Made by a program: the position numbers and the translations under genes. Positions 42,756 to 52,023 of a DNA stretch of 64,000 bases are shown here, in pieces; position 1 is the first letter of the stretch; every line of letters begins with the position of its first letter. Source of the DNA: an uncultured Chloroflexia bacterium (lineage in GTDB: Bacteria > Chloroflexota > Limnocylindria > Limnocylindrales > CSP1-4); assembly GCA_963707215.1 (NCBI GenBank), contig CAVPPB010000001.1:672001-736000 (forward strand). Reading direction: 5' to 3'. The notes beneath the pieces were generated by a model, which saw nothing but the letters and a program-made list of their open reading frames with translations, was not told the DNA's origin and did no database searches.

Positions 42756-42864
42756 GACACGAGGCTCCAAGGACAGCGATGCGGGCGACGGTCCGAGAAT
42801 CGGCGTACTGACCCGGCACGCCAAGGGCCGAGGAGCACGGCCTTGGGCGCTCGGGGCAGGGCCT

Positions 42865-43665
42865 TCAGCCCACCAGGTCACGGCTCCGGAAGCGCCAGAT
42901 GGCCAGCCCCCAGCCGACGAGCGCCACCGCGCCGAAGAGGAGCGTCTCCCCGATCGGGGCCTGGCCACCGTCGATGACCGCGGCCGGGTGGTAGTAGTGG
43001 AACGCGCTGAGGTACTTGAGGCCCTCGAGCGAGGGCTCCAGGCCCGAGACGACGGTCACCAGGTACATCAGGATCAGCACGATCGCCCCGAAACCGATCG
43101 AACGGCCGCGGTCCAGGGTGACGACCGAGACGAGGGTGCTCACGGCAGCGATGGCGCAGCCGAAGGCGAAGCTGAGCAGGCCGACGGCAAGGAAGGCAGG
43201 GACGTCGAAGGCGACGTCGATGACGGGCCCGAGGGCGACCACCGACGCGACGGCGACGACGGCCAGCACCGCCAGGCCGAGCACCTGCGTCGCGATGGTG
43301 GTCAGGAGGTAGCGCGTCCGCGAAAGGGGCGTCGACAGGGCGACCTCGATCGTCCCAGCCGCCGTCTCCGCAGCGGCACCCCTGGTGCCCAGGCCGATCG
43401 CGAACATGGCGGCCACGATGACCCAGACCTGGAAGAACTGGGAGCCGAAGTAGGCCCCGGGGCTGGTGATGCCGCCGCCCATCTCGAAGGCCTCCAGGAT
43501 CCCCGGCGGCACCATGTCCAGGTAGGGCTCGAACAGCTCGGCGGTCTCGAGCACCGTCGGGTAGATGGCCGCCACCGCAACCCCATAGATGGCGACCACG
43601 ACCCCGTAGGCGAGGAGCTGGACGCGCGTCCGTCGCACCTCGAGGGCGAAGAGGCTGGCACTCAC
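42865..43665 (-). CDS. ABC-2 type exporter permease
   Basis: TM pattern; GTIEVALSTPLSR; LSAFHYY. Confidence 0.8.
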   Translation of the reverse strand: MSASLFALEVRRTRVQLLAYGVVVAIYGVAVAAIYPTVLETAELFEPYLDMVPPGILEAFEMGGGITSPGAYFGSQFFQVWVIVAAMFAIGLGTRGAAAETAAGTIEVALSTPLSRTRYLLTTIATQVLGLAVLAVVAVASVVALGPVIDVAFDVPAFLAVGLLSFAFGCAIAAVSTLVSVVTLDRGRSIGFGAIVLILMYLVTVVSGLEPSLEGLKYLSAFHYYHPAAVIDGGQAPIGETLLFGAVALVGWGLAIWRFRSRDLVG

Positions 43666-44570
43666 GGAGTGCGCTCCGCCGCCACAGCGGCTGCCGGCTC
43701 GTAGTAGGTCATGAACACGTCCTCGAGATCTGGCCTTGCCACCGCCATCTCGCGGACGTCGAGGATCGCCAGCCGGCGCAGCAGCTCGTTGAGGTCGCCC
43801 CGGACGAGGAGTCGCACCTCGCGACCGGCCGCCTCCACGACCTCGACATCGGCCAGGGCGAACGCGTCGGCGGTCGGGGGTTCGGCCAGGACCAGGTCGA
43901 CCGCATGGATATGGCGGCTGGGCAGCGTCTCGACCGCCTCGATGGCCACGATCCGACCGTCCCGGATGATCGCCACCCGGTCGCACGCCCGTTCGGCCTC
44001 GCTCAGGTTGTGCGACGAGAGGAAGATGGTCCGTCCGGCCTCCCTGGCCTCGCCCACCAGGGCGAGGAACTCGCGCTGCATCAAGGGATCCAACCCGGTC
44101 GTCGGCTCGTCCATGACCAGGAGCGGCTCGTCGCCCATGAACACCTGGACCAGGCCGACCTTCTGGCGGTTGCCGTGGGAGAGCTTCCGGATCGGGACGC
44201 TCGTGTCTGCGCCAAGGCGCTCGGCCAGCGGTCGCCAGGCGCCCCTCGGCAGGCCGCGCAGACCGCCCACGAAGTCGAAGAAGCGCTCGGCCGTGAGCTC
44301 GCCCCAGTAGCGCGGGTCGCCCGACAGGTAGGCCAGCCGACGGTGGAGCGCAGGCGCGTCGACCCAGACGTCGAGGCCGAAGACGGTGGCGCGGCCACGG
44401 TCGGGCCGGATGAAGCCGAGGAGGCAGCGGATCGTGGTCGTCTTCCCGGCACCGTTCGGTCCGAGGAAGCCGAGGACCTCGCCCTCGCGGACCTCGAAAT
44501 CGACGTCGACGATGCCCCGCCGCGTTCCGTACGACCTGGTGAGGCCCGCGACCTCGATGACGTTCGCCAT
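43662..44570 (-). CDS. ABC exporter ATP-binding protein
   Basis: GPNGAGKTT, LSHGNRQK, DEPTTGLDP, SSH. Confidence 0.92.
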   Translation of the reverse strand: MANVIEVAGLTRSYGTRRGIVDVDFEVREGEVLGFLGPNGAGKTTTIRCLLGFIRPDRGRATVFGLDVWVDAPALHRRLAYLSGDPRYWGELTAERFFDFVGGLRGLPRGAWRPLAERLGADTSVPIRKLSHGNRQKVGLVQVFMGDEPLLVMDEPTTGLDPLMQREFLALVGEAREAGRTIFLSSHNLSEAERACDRVAIIRDGRIVAIEAVETLPSRHIHAVDLVLAEPPTADAFALADVEVVEAAGREVRLLVRGDLNELLRRLAILDVREMAVARPDLEDVFMTYYEPAAAVAAERTP

Positions 44571-44629
44571 CGCGGCCAGTCTAGTCCTGCGGGCGAAGCG
44601 GACGCCCGGGCTCGAGCGTCTCCACACCG

Positions 44630-45487
44630 ATGACCCGGCAGCGCACGACCCGCGATCCCCTCACCCGGCTCGCCACCGGTCGCTTCGGGCGGGCCTACCG
44701 GGCGACGGTGGCGCTCGTCCTTCGCCCGGTGTACGCGGTCTACGAGGCCCGGCTCGCGGCGGCGGTCCAGGCCCGGCCGCGACCGGCCCACATCGCGGTG
44801 ATCATGGACGGCAACCGACGCTGGGCCGCAGCCGAGGGGGTCGAGGCCGGCGTAGGGCATCGTCGGGGCGCCGAGAAGGCCCTCGAGCTCATCGACTGGT
44901 GCGCCGATCTCGGGATCCGCGAGGTGACCCTCTGGGCGCTCTCGCTCGAGAACCTCGATCGGCCGTCCCCCGAGGTCGCCACGATCACCGACGTCGCGAG
45001 CGACGCGATCGACGCGATCGCCAGCGGGCGGCGACGGACCCGAGTCCCGATCGAGCTCCGGGTCATCGGCCGGAGCGACCAGCTGCCGGAGGGGCTGGCC
45101 GAATCGGTCGCCCGCTCGACGTCACTGTCGCGGACCGATCCGGCCATGCAGGTGACGATCGCCCTCGCCTACAGCGGCCGCGACGAGCTGTTAGAGGCGT
45201 TCCGGGCGACGGTCCGCGAGGCGGTCGCGAGTGGAACGCCGGTGGATCGGCTGGCCGATGACCTCTCGGCCGAGGCCGTCGCCGCGCACCTCTACACCCG
45301 CGGCTCCTCGGACCCCGACCTCGTCATCCGGACGTCCGGGGAGATCCGGCTGTCGGGCTTCCTGCCCTGGCAGAGCGTCTACAGCGAGTACTACTTCTGC
45401 GACGCCCACTGGCCGGCCTTCAGACGGATCGATTTCCTCCGCGCGATCCGGACGTACCAGCACCGGACGAGGCGCTTCGGGCGGTAG
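44630..45487 (+). CDS. uppS: cis-Prenyltransferase (UppS family)
   Basis: HIAVIMDGNRRWA, SLENL, IRTSGEIRLSGF. Confidence 0.9.
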   Translation: MTRQRTTRDPLTRLATGRFGRAYRATVALVLRPVYAVYEARLAAAVQARPRPAHIAVIMDGNRRWAAAEGVEAGVGHRRGAEKALELIDWCADLGIREVTLWALSLENLDRPSPEVATITDVASDAIDAIASGRRRTRVPIELRVIGRSDQLPEGLAESVARSTSLSRTDPAMQVTIALAYSGRDELLEAFRATVREAVASGTPVDRLADDLSAEAVAAHLYTRGSSDPDLVIRTSGEIRLSGFLPWQSVYSEYYFCDAHWPAFRRIDFLRAIRTYQHRTRRFGR

Positions 45488-45583
45488 CGAGGACGAGTCG
45501 CAGGGGTCCGGGTGGGGCCTCTCCCCGGGACTCGGCGGGGTGGGACGGCCCCCGAACGCCGTGCTACGATCGCCGCCTCCCGA

Positions 45584-45659
45584 GCGGGAGTAACTCAGCT
45601 GGTAGAGTGTCTGCTTCCCAAGCAGAATGTCGCGGGTTCGAGTCCCGTCTCCCGCTCCA
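45584..45659 (+). tRNA. tRNA-Gly(CCC)
   Basis: Full cloverleaf GCGGGAG...GTTCGAGTC..CTCCCGCTCCA; anticodon loop TTCCCAA. Confidence 0.97.
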
Positions 45660-45975
45660 CTTCCCCCGTTTCGTGCTCGGCACGACACGCTGCTTGCGCC
45701 CGGAAACGTCTCGGGAGGCGGCCCGGACTTGAGCACGGCGCTCCAGAGCACCGTTTCGTCGGCAGGCGGGCGCGTCGCTCGGGGGTACCGATCGTGCTCA
45801 TCGGCTGGGTCGTAGGCTCCTGCGTCGTCCCACTGGCGATCCAGTCGACCCCGGTCGCACCGGCTCGGCTGATCGCCGTCGGGCAGAACGCTATCCGGCC
45901 ACGGAGCCGGGGGCGCGACAACCTAGGGTGGGCGGCTCACCGGAGGCCTACCGCCATGCGACGCCGCGATCCCGT

Positions 45976-46488
45976 TCAGTAGGCGATGGTCCCCTCGATG
46001 ACCCACGTCGTGGGCCAATAGTTCGGCTCGAAGCCGGGCCACTCGATGGCCGCCATCAGCTGTCCGCCGCCGGTGGCTCCATCGAACCTTCCGGTGCCGC
46101 CGACGATCTCGAAGTCGTACGTGATCTCCAGCAGCGTGGGATCTGGTCCGACCGCGGCAACGTCGCTGGCTTCGTAGGCGACGCGGACCTCGTCACCGTT
46201 CGCGGCCACGAAGGTCATCTCGATCCCCGTGACGTCGGGGCCAGGCGGGGTGCAGTTGTAGTAGTCGAGCTCGAACTTGCCCAGATGCGTGGCGTGTCCG
46301 GTGGCCGTGAAGACGGAGCGCAGCGTCGCCCCATCGGGCAGCACCGGGCACGAGGCGTCGAACTGGACCATCCCGAACCCCGCTGCGGTGCCCTTGAACG
46401 GACGCTCTTGATCGCTCCCGGCCGCCACGGGTGCCGCGGTGGCCAGGGCGAGCATCAGGACGACCAGCAGGACCGTGATTCGTTTCAT
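45976..46488 (-). CDS. Secreted beta-rich hypothetical protein
   Basis: Signal peptide MKRITVLLVVLMLALATAAPVAA; GHATHLG and GGTGRFDGATG. Confidence 0.8.
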   Translation of the reverse strand: MKRITVLLVVLMLALATAAPVAAGSDQERPFKGTAAGFGMVQFDASCPVLPDGATLRSVFTATGHATHLGKFELDYYNCTPPGPDVTGIEMTFVAANGDEVRVAYEASDVAAVGPDPTLLEITYDFEIVGGTGRFDGATGGGQLMAAIEWPGFEPNYWPTTWVIEGTIAY

Positions 46489-46509
46489 CGGTGACTCTCC
46501 GATCATCGG

Positions 46510-46587
46510 GCGGGTCGGTCTCGCCAGTGGCTCGGCACGGTCCGCTGAAGCGGCCGTAGTTGGGAACCGTGCGTCAGCGCCCTCCGC
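46510..46587 (-). ncRNA. c-di-GMP-II-type riboswitch candidate (GAG-variant-like)
   Basis: GCGG/CCGC closing stem, UGA..GAG kink-turn around the GCACGGUUC/GGACCGUGC helix, 3' GAGCCACUGGCGAGACCGACC; ends 22 nt before the ATG. Confidence 0.65.
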
Positions 46588-46880
46588 GCTATGGCGGTCA
46601 GAGTGCCCGTCATTGAACGCACGAGGCAAGAGCCCGAGGGCCTGAACGAGCGGCCGAGATCGGCGACGGCCGAGCGCCGGCACCCTGGCCGCGGCCGAGA
46701 ACGCAGGGCTGGCCAGCAGGTCCACCAGCGCTCGGCGCGGCGGCGTACCCGGCAGCTCTGGGGATCCGGGCGCGCCCGTGGATGGCGCGACCTGGTCAGG
46801 GCATGGGGCTCTTGTGCCGAGATGCCGACGACGCGAACACTGCGGCCATGCACGGGCGCCACTCCCAGGCGCGTCAGGCC

Positions 46881-48335
46881 ATGCCGGTCTCCCGGCTTGC
46901 CCTGGCATGGATCCTGCCCGCTGTGACTGCCCTGCTGCTGGCCGGATGTGCCGCGCCCGACGTCAGCCCGGCGCCGTCGACCGTCGGCAGTGCCTCACCG
47001 GCGGCCAGGACCAGTGCCCCATCCTCGACGGAGGATCCGCAGCTCGCGACATCCCTCCGCGATGCCGTCGACGTCGCCTCGATCCTGGCCGACCTCGACC
47101 ACCTGGCCGCCATCACCGAGGAGCACGGCGGCGCCCGGGCGGCCGGCAGCGACGGCTATGCCGCGGCGGTCGAGTGGGTCGCCGGTGAGCTGCGTGACGC
47201 CGGCTACGAGGTCACACTCGATCCGGTCTCGACGCCGTCGTTCTCGCTGAGCGGTCCCGAGGTCCTCGAGATCCTTGCTGCCGATGCCCCCGACCTCCAG
47301 GCGCCGCGGGACTTCAAGGCGATGCTGCTGTCGCCTTCGGGTGACGTGAGGGGGGCGCTCTACGCGCTCGGCTTCGACAGCGGGGCGGGACCCGGGGACC
47401 TCAAGGGAACCGGCTGCGACGGTGGGGCCTGGGGCGACGTTCCAGCGGGCGCGATCGTCCTCGTCCAGCCTGGACCGTGTCGGGTCCGCACGCTCGTCGA
47501 GCACGCACAGGACGCGGGCGCGGCCGCCCTCATCTCGTCATACCCGATGTGGGCTCCGGGGCAGGTCCGCCGACCGACGCTGCTGGACCCGGACGGGCTT
47601 GCCATCCCGGTCGTCGCCGCGACGCGCGACGCCGGGCTGGCCCTTGCCGATGCAGCCCGGGCCGGGGAGGAGGTCCACATCCGGATCTCGACCAGGACGG
47701 TCATGCGGCAGAGCCACAACGTCGTCGCCGAGACGCCGGGCGGGGATCCGGACCGCGTCGTCATGCTTGGCGCCCACCTCGATGCGGTGATCGACGGCCC
47801 GGGCATCAACGACAACGGGACGGGGGTCGCCGTCATCCTGGAGGTCGCGCGGCAGCTGGCGACCCTGACCGACGGCGGGCCGACGTGGAAGGTGCGCGTC
47901 GCGTTCTGGACAGGCGAGGAGCTCGGGCTGTGGGGCTCGGTCAGCTACGCCAGCGCGTTGAGCAGCTCGGATCGGCGCTCGATCGCCGCCTACCTGAACT
48001 TCGACATGCTCGGGTCAGCGAGCGGGCTGCGCCAGGTGTACGACGCTACCGCCCTCGAGAACCCGGCATCGGCGGTCCTGGAGCGGCTGTTCTCCGGGGC
48101 CTTCGATGCCGACGGGCTCACCTGGGAGCTGGCGGACTTCGGTGACGCCAGCGATCACTTCCAGTTCGACCAGCTGGGCGTGCCGGTCGGCGGGATCGGC
48201 TCCGGCGACGCCTGCCATCACCTCGCCTGCGACACGGTCGACAACGTCGATGCCGTCCTGCTCGGCCAGAACGCGCGCGCAGCGGCCTGGGCCACCGGCG
48301 TGCTTGCCAGCGGCCGGGCCGAGCTGGCACCGTGA
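46881..48335 (+). CDS. M28 aminopeptidase lipoprotein with PA domain
   Basis: LLAGC lipobox; AHLD, NDNGTG, GEELG, NFDM, SDH. Confidence 0.88.
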   Translation: MPVSRLALAWILPAVTALLLAGCAAPDVSPAPSTVGSASPAARTSAPSSTEDPQLATSLRDAVDVASILADLDHLAAITEEHGGARAAGSDGYAAAVEWVAGELRDAGYEVTLDPVSTPSFSLSGPEVLEILAADAPDLQAPRDFKAMLLSPSGDVRGALYALGFDSGAGPGDLKGTGCDGGAWGDVPAGAIVLVQPGPCRVRTLVEHAQDAGAAALISSYPMWAPGQVRRPTLLDPDGLAIPVVAATRDAGLALADAARAGEEVHIRISTRTVMRQSHNVVAETPGGDPDRVVMLGAHLDAVIDGPGINDNGTGVAVILEVARQLATLTDGGPTWKVRVAFWTGEELGLWGSVSYASALSSSDRRSIAAYLNFDMLGSASGLRQVYDATALENPASAVLERLFSGAFDADGLTWELADFGDASDHFQFDQLGVPVGGIGSGDACHHLACDTVDNVDAVLLGQNARAAAWATGVLASGRAELAP

Positions 48336-48398
48336 TCAGGAGCGCTCGACCGCCGGCGGGAGCACGCCGAGTCCCGCTCCAGCCTGGTGTCGTGCGAC

Positions 48399-49589
48399 CT
48401 AGCGCAGCGGGTCGTCCCGCAGGTACCGCAGGACCGGCACGCAGCCGCCATCGGAGTTCGACAGCACGACAATCGTGTAGCCGGTGTCGGGGTAGATCCA
48501 GAGGAACGAGCAGATCCCCGGCGCCCCGCCGGTGTGCCCGACCGAACGCACGCCCGCCTCCATCCGGTCCATGAAGCCGTACGCGTACCGGACCCCATCG
48601 GCCATGTCGGCCTTGCCCGACAGGAGCAGCTCCGTCGAAGCCGGTCCAAGGAGGACGTGGGAGAGCAGCGCGGTGCGGAAGCGGAGCAGATCCCCCGCGG
48701 TGGAGTAGCCGCCCCCGGCGGCGAACCCGCGACCCGGCATCAAGGCGGTGTGCGCGGCCAGCACCCCGGTCTCCCGGCCCTCGATGTCCTGGGTCGTGTA
48801 GCCGATCGCCAGGTCGGGGACCTCGTCCTCGACATCGAACGCCCCGGTGTCGAGCATGCCGCTGGGCTCGAAGACGTGCTCCCGGACGTAGGCGTCGTAC
48901 GTCTCGCCGGAAACCCGCTCGACGATGAGGCCGAGCACCACGAACCCGGCGTTGCTGTAGGACCAGCCGCTGCCAGGGGCGAACAGGAGTGGCTCGTCGA
49001 CGAAGAGCGGCAGGTAGTCCGTGTTCGAGCGGTAGGCGTGGGGGTTCGCGTTGAACGCCGCCGTGAACACGTCGCCGAGTCCGGACGTGTGCGTCAACAG
49101 CTGGTGGATCGTGACCGAGCCCGCCACCTGCTCGTTCGGGTAGTCGGGGAGGTGCCTGGCGATCGTGTCGTCGAGGGCCAGCCTCCCCTGCTCCACCAGC
49201 TGCATGACCGCGACAGCGGTGAACATCTTGTTCATCGAGCCGAGATTCAGTCGCGTTGCCATCCGATTCGGGATGGCGGACTCGCGGTTCGCCTGACCGG
49301 CGGCAACCTCCCAGACGATCGTGTCGTCGCGGGCGATCAGGATCACCCCGGAGAATCCGTCCCGGGAGATCAGGTCCTCGACGAGGGCGACGACGCCGTC
49401 GATGCCGGCTCCCGCGGGATCGCTCGTGGGCGAAGCCGGCACGATGCTGGGGACCGGCGTGGGTGACGGCGTCGCCCGGGCGGCGGGGGTCGATGCCGGA
49501 GCCGCCGCGTCCGGGGAGGACGACGGGGCCGCGCAGGCGACCGCGACTAGCAGGACCCCGGCTACGGTCAAGCTCTGCCAGATGCGCAT
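48399..49589 (-). CDS. Serine hydrolase (beta-lactamase/AmpC-like) lipoprotein
   Basis: SMNK, LLTHTSG, YSN, GHTG; AVAC lipobox. Confidence 0.9.
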   Translation of the reverse strand: MRIWQSLTVAGVLLVAVACAAPSSSPDAAAPASTPAARATPSPTPVPSIVPASPTSDPAGAGIDGVVALVEDLISRDGFSGVILIARDDTIVWEVAAGQANRESAIPNRMATRLNLGSMNKMFTAVAVMQLVEQGRLALDDTIARHLPDYPNEQVAGSVTIHQLLTHTSGLGDVFTAAFNANPHAYRSNTDYLPLFVDEPLLFAPGSGWSYSNAGFVVLGLIVERVSGETYDAYVREHVFEPSGMLDTGAFDVEDEVPDLAIGYTTQDIEGRETGVLAAHTALMPGRGFAAGGGYSTAGDLLRFRTALLSHVLLGPASTELLLSGKADMADGVRYAYGFMDRMEAGVRSVGHTGGAPGICSFLWIYPDTGYTIVVLSNSDGGCVPVLRYLRDDPLR

Positions 49590-49769
49590 GTCGGCCCCTC
49601 GAGCCTAACCCGACCGACGCAGACCTCAAGTGCCACTGGTCTCAGAGCGTGCCCGCTGAGCCACCGCAGCGACGCCGCCCGGCGGCGGGGTCGGCTAGCC
49701 TTGACGGCGGCGGGCAGGACAGCGCTTCGGACGCTGCAGGGTCAGCGCGACCCCGCCGAGGAGGTACGG

Positions 49770-50261
49770 ATGCGGACCGAGATGGACGATGAGCGCAACT
49801 CGACCCTGCTGCTGCTCCGGCGGACGCGGCGGATGACCCGGGCGGCGCTCGAGCCCCTCGCCCCGGAGGCGGTCGTCCACGACGCTGCGCCGACCTGGCG
49901 GGCCCGCGACGTGCTCGGCCACCTTGGCGTCTGGAACGGCGAGGCGGCCCGCTCGCTGGAGGCGCACGCCGCCGGAGGTGCGTACGCCTGCATCGCCTCG
50001 GCCGGGTTCTACGACGACTACAACGAGCGGGCGGCCAGTGAGCGGCGAGCCTGGGTGATGGCCGACGTGTGGGCCGAGTACGAAACGACCCACGACCGGC
50101 TCGAGGCGGCGGTCGCCACGATGCCACCCGACCGCTGGGACACGCCGATCCAGTACCCATGGACCGAGCTTGGTTCGGTGGTCGGGCTGGTGGTCCTCAT
50201 GACCGAGCACGAGACCAGCGACCACTGCGAGCCGATCCTAGCCCGGCTCGGCCGGAGCTGA
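49770..50261 (+). CDS. DinB/ClbS-DfsB-like four-helix bundle protein, copy 1
   Basis: WRARDVLGHL..W, DDYNE, YPW, HETSDH; GGAGG RBS. Confidence 0.8.
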   Translation: MRTEMDDERNSTLLLLRRTRRMTRAALEPLAPEAVVHDAAPTWRARDVLGHLGVWNGEAARSLEAHAAGGAYACIASAGFYDDYNERAASERRAWVMADVWAEYETTHDRLEAAVATMPPDRWDTPIQYPWTELGSVVGLVVLMTEHETSDHCEPILARLGRS

Positions 50262-50380
50262 CCTTCTCCCGAGAAGACCGCAGGCGGAGGCCGATCTTCG
50301 ACCGGCCGCCCGGCGCGACGACGCCGGCGCCGCGGCCTAGAAGACGACCGTCACCTCGTTCGAGCAGGTCGATGTGCTAC

Positions 50381-50510
50381 TCCCAAGCAGAATGTCGCGG
50401 GTTCGAGTCCCGTCTCCCGCTCCACTTCCCCCGTTCGTGCTCCGCACGACACCCTGCTGGCCCGGAACCGTCTCGGGCGGCGGTCCGGGATCGAGCCGGG
50501 CGCGCCGGGA
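50381..50510 (+). repeat. att-like copy of the tRNA-Gly 3' half plus diverged downstream flank
   Basis: Identical to 45616-45659, then similar for about 85 nt more. Confidence 0.9.
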
Positions 50511-50579
50511 CACCCTGACCCCGATCGGGCAAGGGGCGGTAGGGCGGCCCACACTGATCACGGACCCCACGGACGAAGG

Positions 50580-51119
50580 TCAGCGAGGAGCGACGGCGGG
50601 TTCGACCGGGGGCGGCGCTGCCCCGCCATCCTCCGCTGAGCGCCCCGAAAGGCGGGCCGGCAGACGGGCGATGACCGCGAACAGCACGGCGGTCGCCCCG
50701 AGCAGCACGCCCTGCCCCGAGGGGAAGTCGTGCGGCCCTTCGACCAGCGTCTCCCACAGGACCATCGGAGCGAACGCGATGATGAGGGTCAGGACCCGGG
50801 CGTGCGGGGCGCGGCGAGCGATGTACTCGATGCCGACGAGGACCGGCAGCATGGCGGGCAGGACGGTCAGCCAGCGGACCAGGATGAAGACGGCAACGAA
50901 CAGCGCGAACGGCATGCCTTGGACCGGCATGCCTTCTACTGGCGTCTCGGGCGGGAGCCACCCCGTGAGGATCACCATCGCCGCGACGGCCCCCATGGAC
51001 ACGACGGCGTAGGCCACCAGCACCAGCAGGGCATTGGCGACGACCCGGACGGCCCCGGCGCGCCGGCCATACGGGTCGCGATCCGTGGCGGCGCGGGCCA
51101 GCTGCTTCGACATCGTCAT
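50580..51119 (-). CDS. Hypothetical integral membrane protein
   Basis: 4-5 TM helices; GAGGAG RBS. Confidence 0.7.
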   Translation of the reverse strand: MTMSKQLARAATDRDPYGRRAGAVRVVANALLVLVAYAVVSMGAVAAMVILTGWLPPETPVEGMPVQGMPFALFVAVFILVRWLTVLPAMLPVLVGIEYIARRAPHARVLTLIIAFAPMVLWETLVEGPHDFPSGQGVLLGATAVLFAVIARLPARLSGRSAEDGGAAPPPVEPAVAPR

Positions 51120-51189
51120 CTCCTCGTTCCCGGGCTTCCCGACCGAGTGGCCATGCCACCCGACCGCCCGGAGCGCCATCGAGCCATGT

Positions 51190-51873
51190 TCAGCAGACCA
51201 TGTCGCCGGGAGCGGGCTCGGACCATCGCCCTGGCTCGGCGATCGCGAAGATCGAGTGGCCCGAGGGTCCGTATGCGGCCAGCACGATAGAGACGTACCG
51301 GGGCCCATCCGGGAAGTTCGGGATCCAGCCTGGATCGCAGCCGGCCTCCTGGGTCCACGACCAGCTCACGGTGCCGGCCGACGCCGGTGCGGTGGCCAGC
51401 AGCACGCGAATGGACTCGGGCAACCGAGTATTCACGACGAGGCAGGGTCCGCTCGTCCCCGGCGCGGGGTCGGCGGGTCGGGCGAGGCACTCGGTCACGC
51501 CATAGACCCGGATCTCGACGCCCGCGTCCCGCGGTTCCTGCCAGGTCACGGTCTGGGTGATCTCGACGAGCTCGGATACGCCGCCGGTATCGCCCAGGGA
51601 CTGTGTCTCGAAGGTGGCGCCGATCGGCTTCGGCGGGACCGGTGGTGGCGTGGGCTCGGTGGTGGCCGCTGACGCTGACGGGCTCGGGTCCGCCGGGGTA
51701 GCGACCGCGGCGGTCGGGGTCGCCGGCGTGGCCGACGAGCTCGGGGCGGGCGACGAGTCGACCGTGGAGGTGGGGCTCGGGAGTGTCTCGCTCGGATCCG
51801 GGCTCGCTGCCCCGCTCGCGACACAACCCGCGACGAGGATCGCCGCGAGTCCGAGGACGAGGACGGTGCGCAT
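51190..51873 (-). CDS. Hypothetical lipoprotein
   Basis: LVAGC lipobox, Ser/Thr/Pro linker, Cys-containing domain. Confidence 0.75.
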   Translation of the reverse strand: MRTVLVLGLAAILVAGCVASGAASPDPSETLPSPTSTVDSSPAPSSSATPATPTAAVATPADPSPSASAATTEPTPPPVPPKPIGATFETQSLGDTGGVSELVEITQTVTWQEPRDAGVEIRVYGVTECLARPADPAPGTSGPCLVVNTRLPESIRVLLATAPASAGTVSWSWTQEAGCDPGWIPNFPDGPRYVSIVLAAYGPSGHSIFAIAEPGRWSEPAPGDMVC

Positions 51874-52023
51874 CTCGGGTTCCCCCGGGCCCTCCTGGGG
51901 ACGAGATCGGGCCGCATCGGCTGACCGGTCCCGGACGTTGGGTCAGTGGCTCCGGTCTGCGCGTGTGACGTGGCGTCGAAGCGTGTTGTGGCGGGTCGCA
52001 GGACTCCAGTCCGGGCGCGCTCG

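Larger units (their letters stand above)
45616..50424. mobile_element. Genomic islet at tRNA-Gly bounded by direct repeats, no integrase inside
   Basis: tRNA 3' half (45616-45659) is repeated exactly at 50381-50424. Confidence 0.75.

Noticed and set aside
50374-50424. Second tRNA-Gly gene
   Set aside because: Lacks the 5' acceptor strand and D arm; it is an att-type fragment
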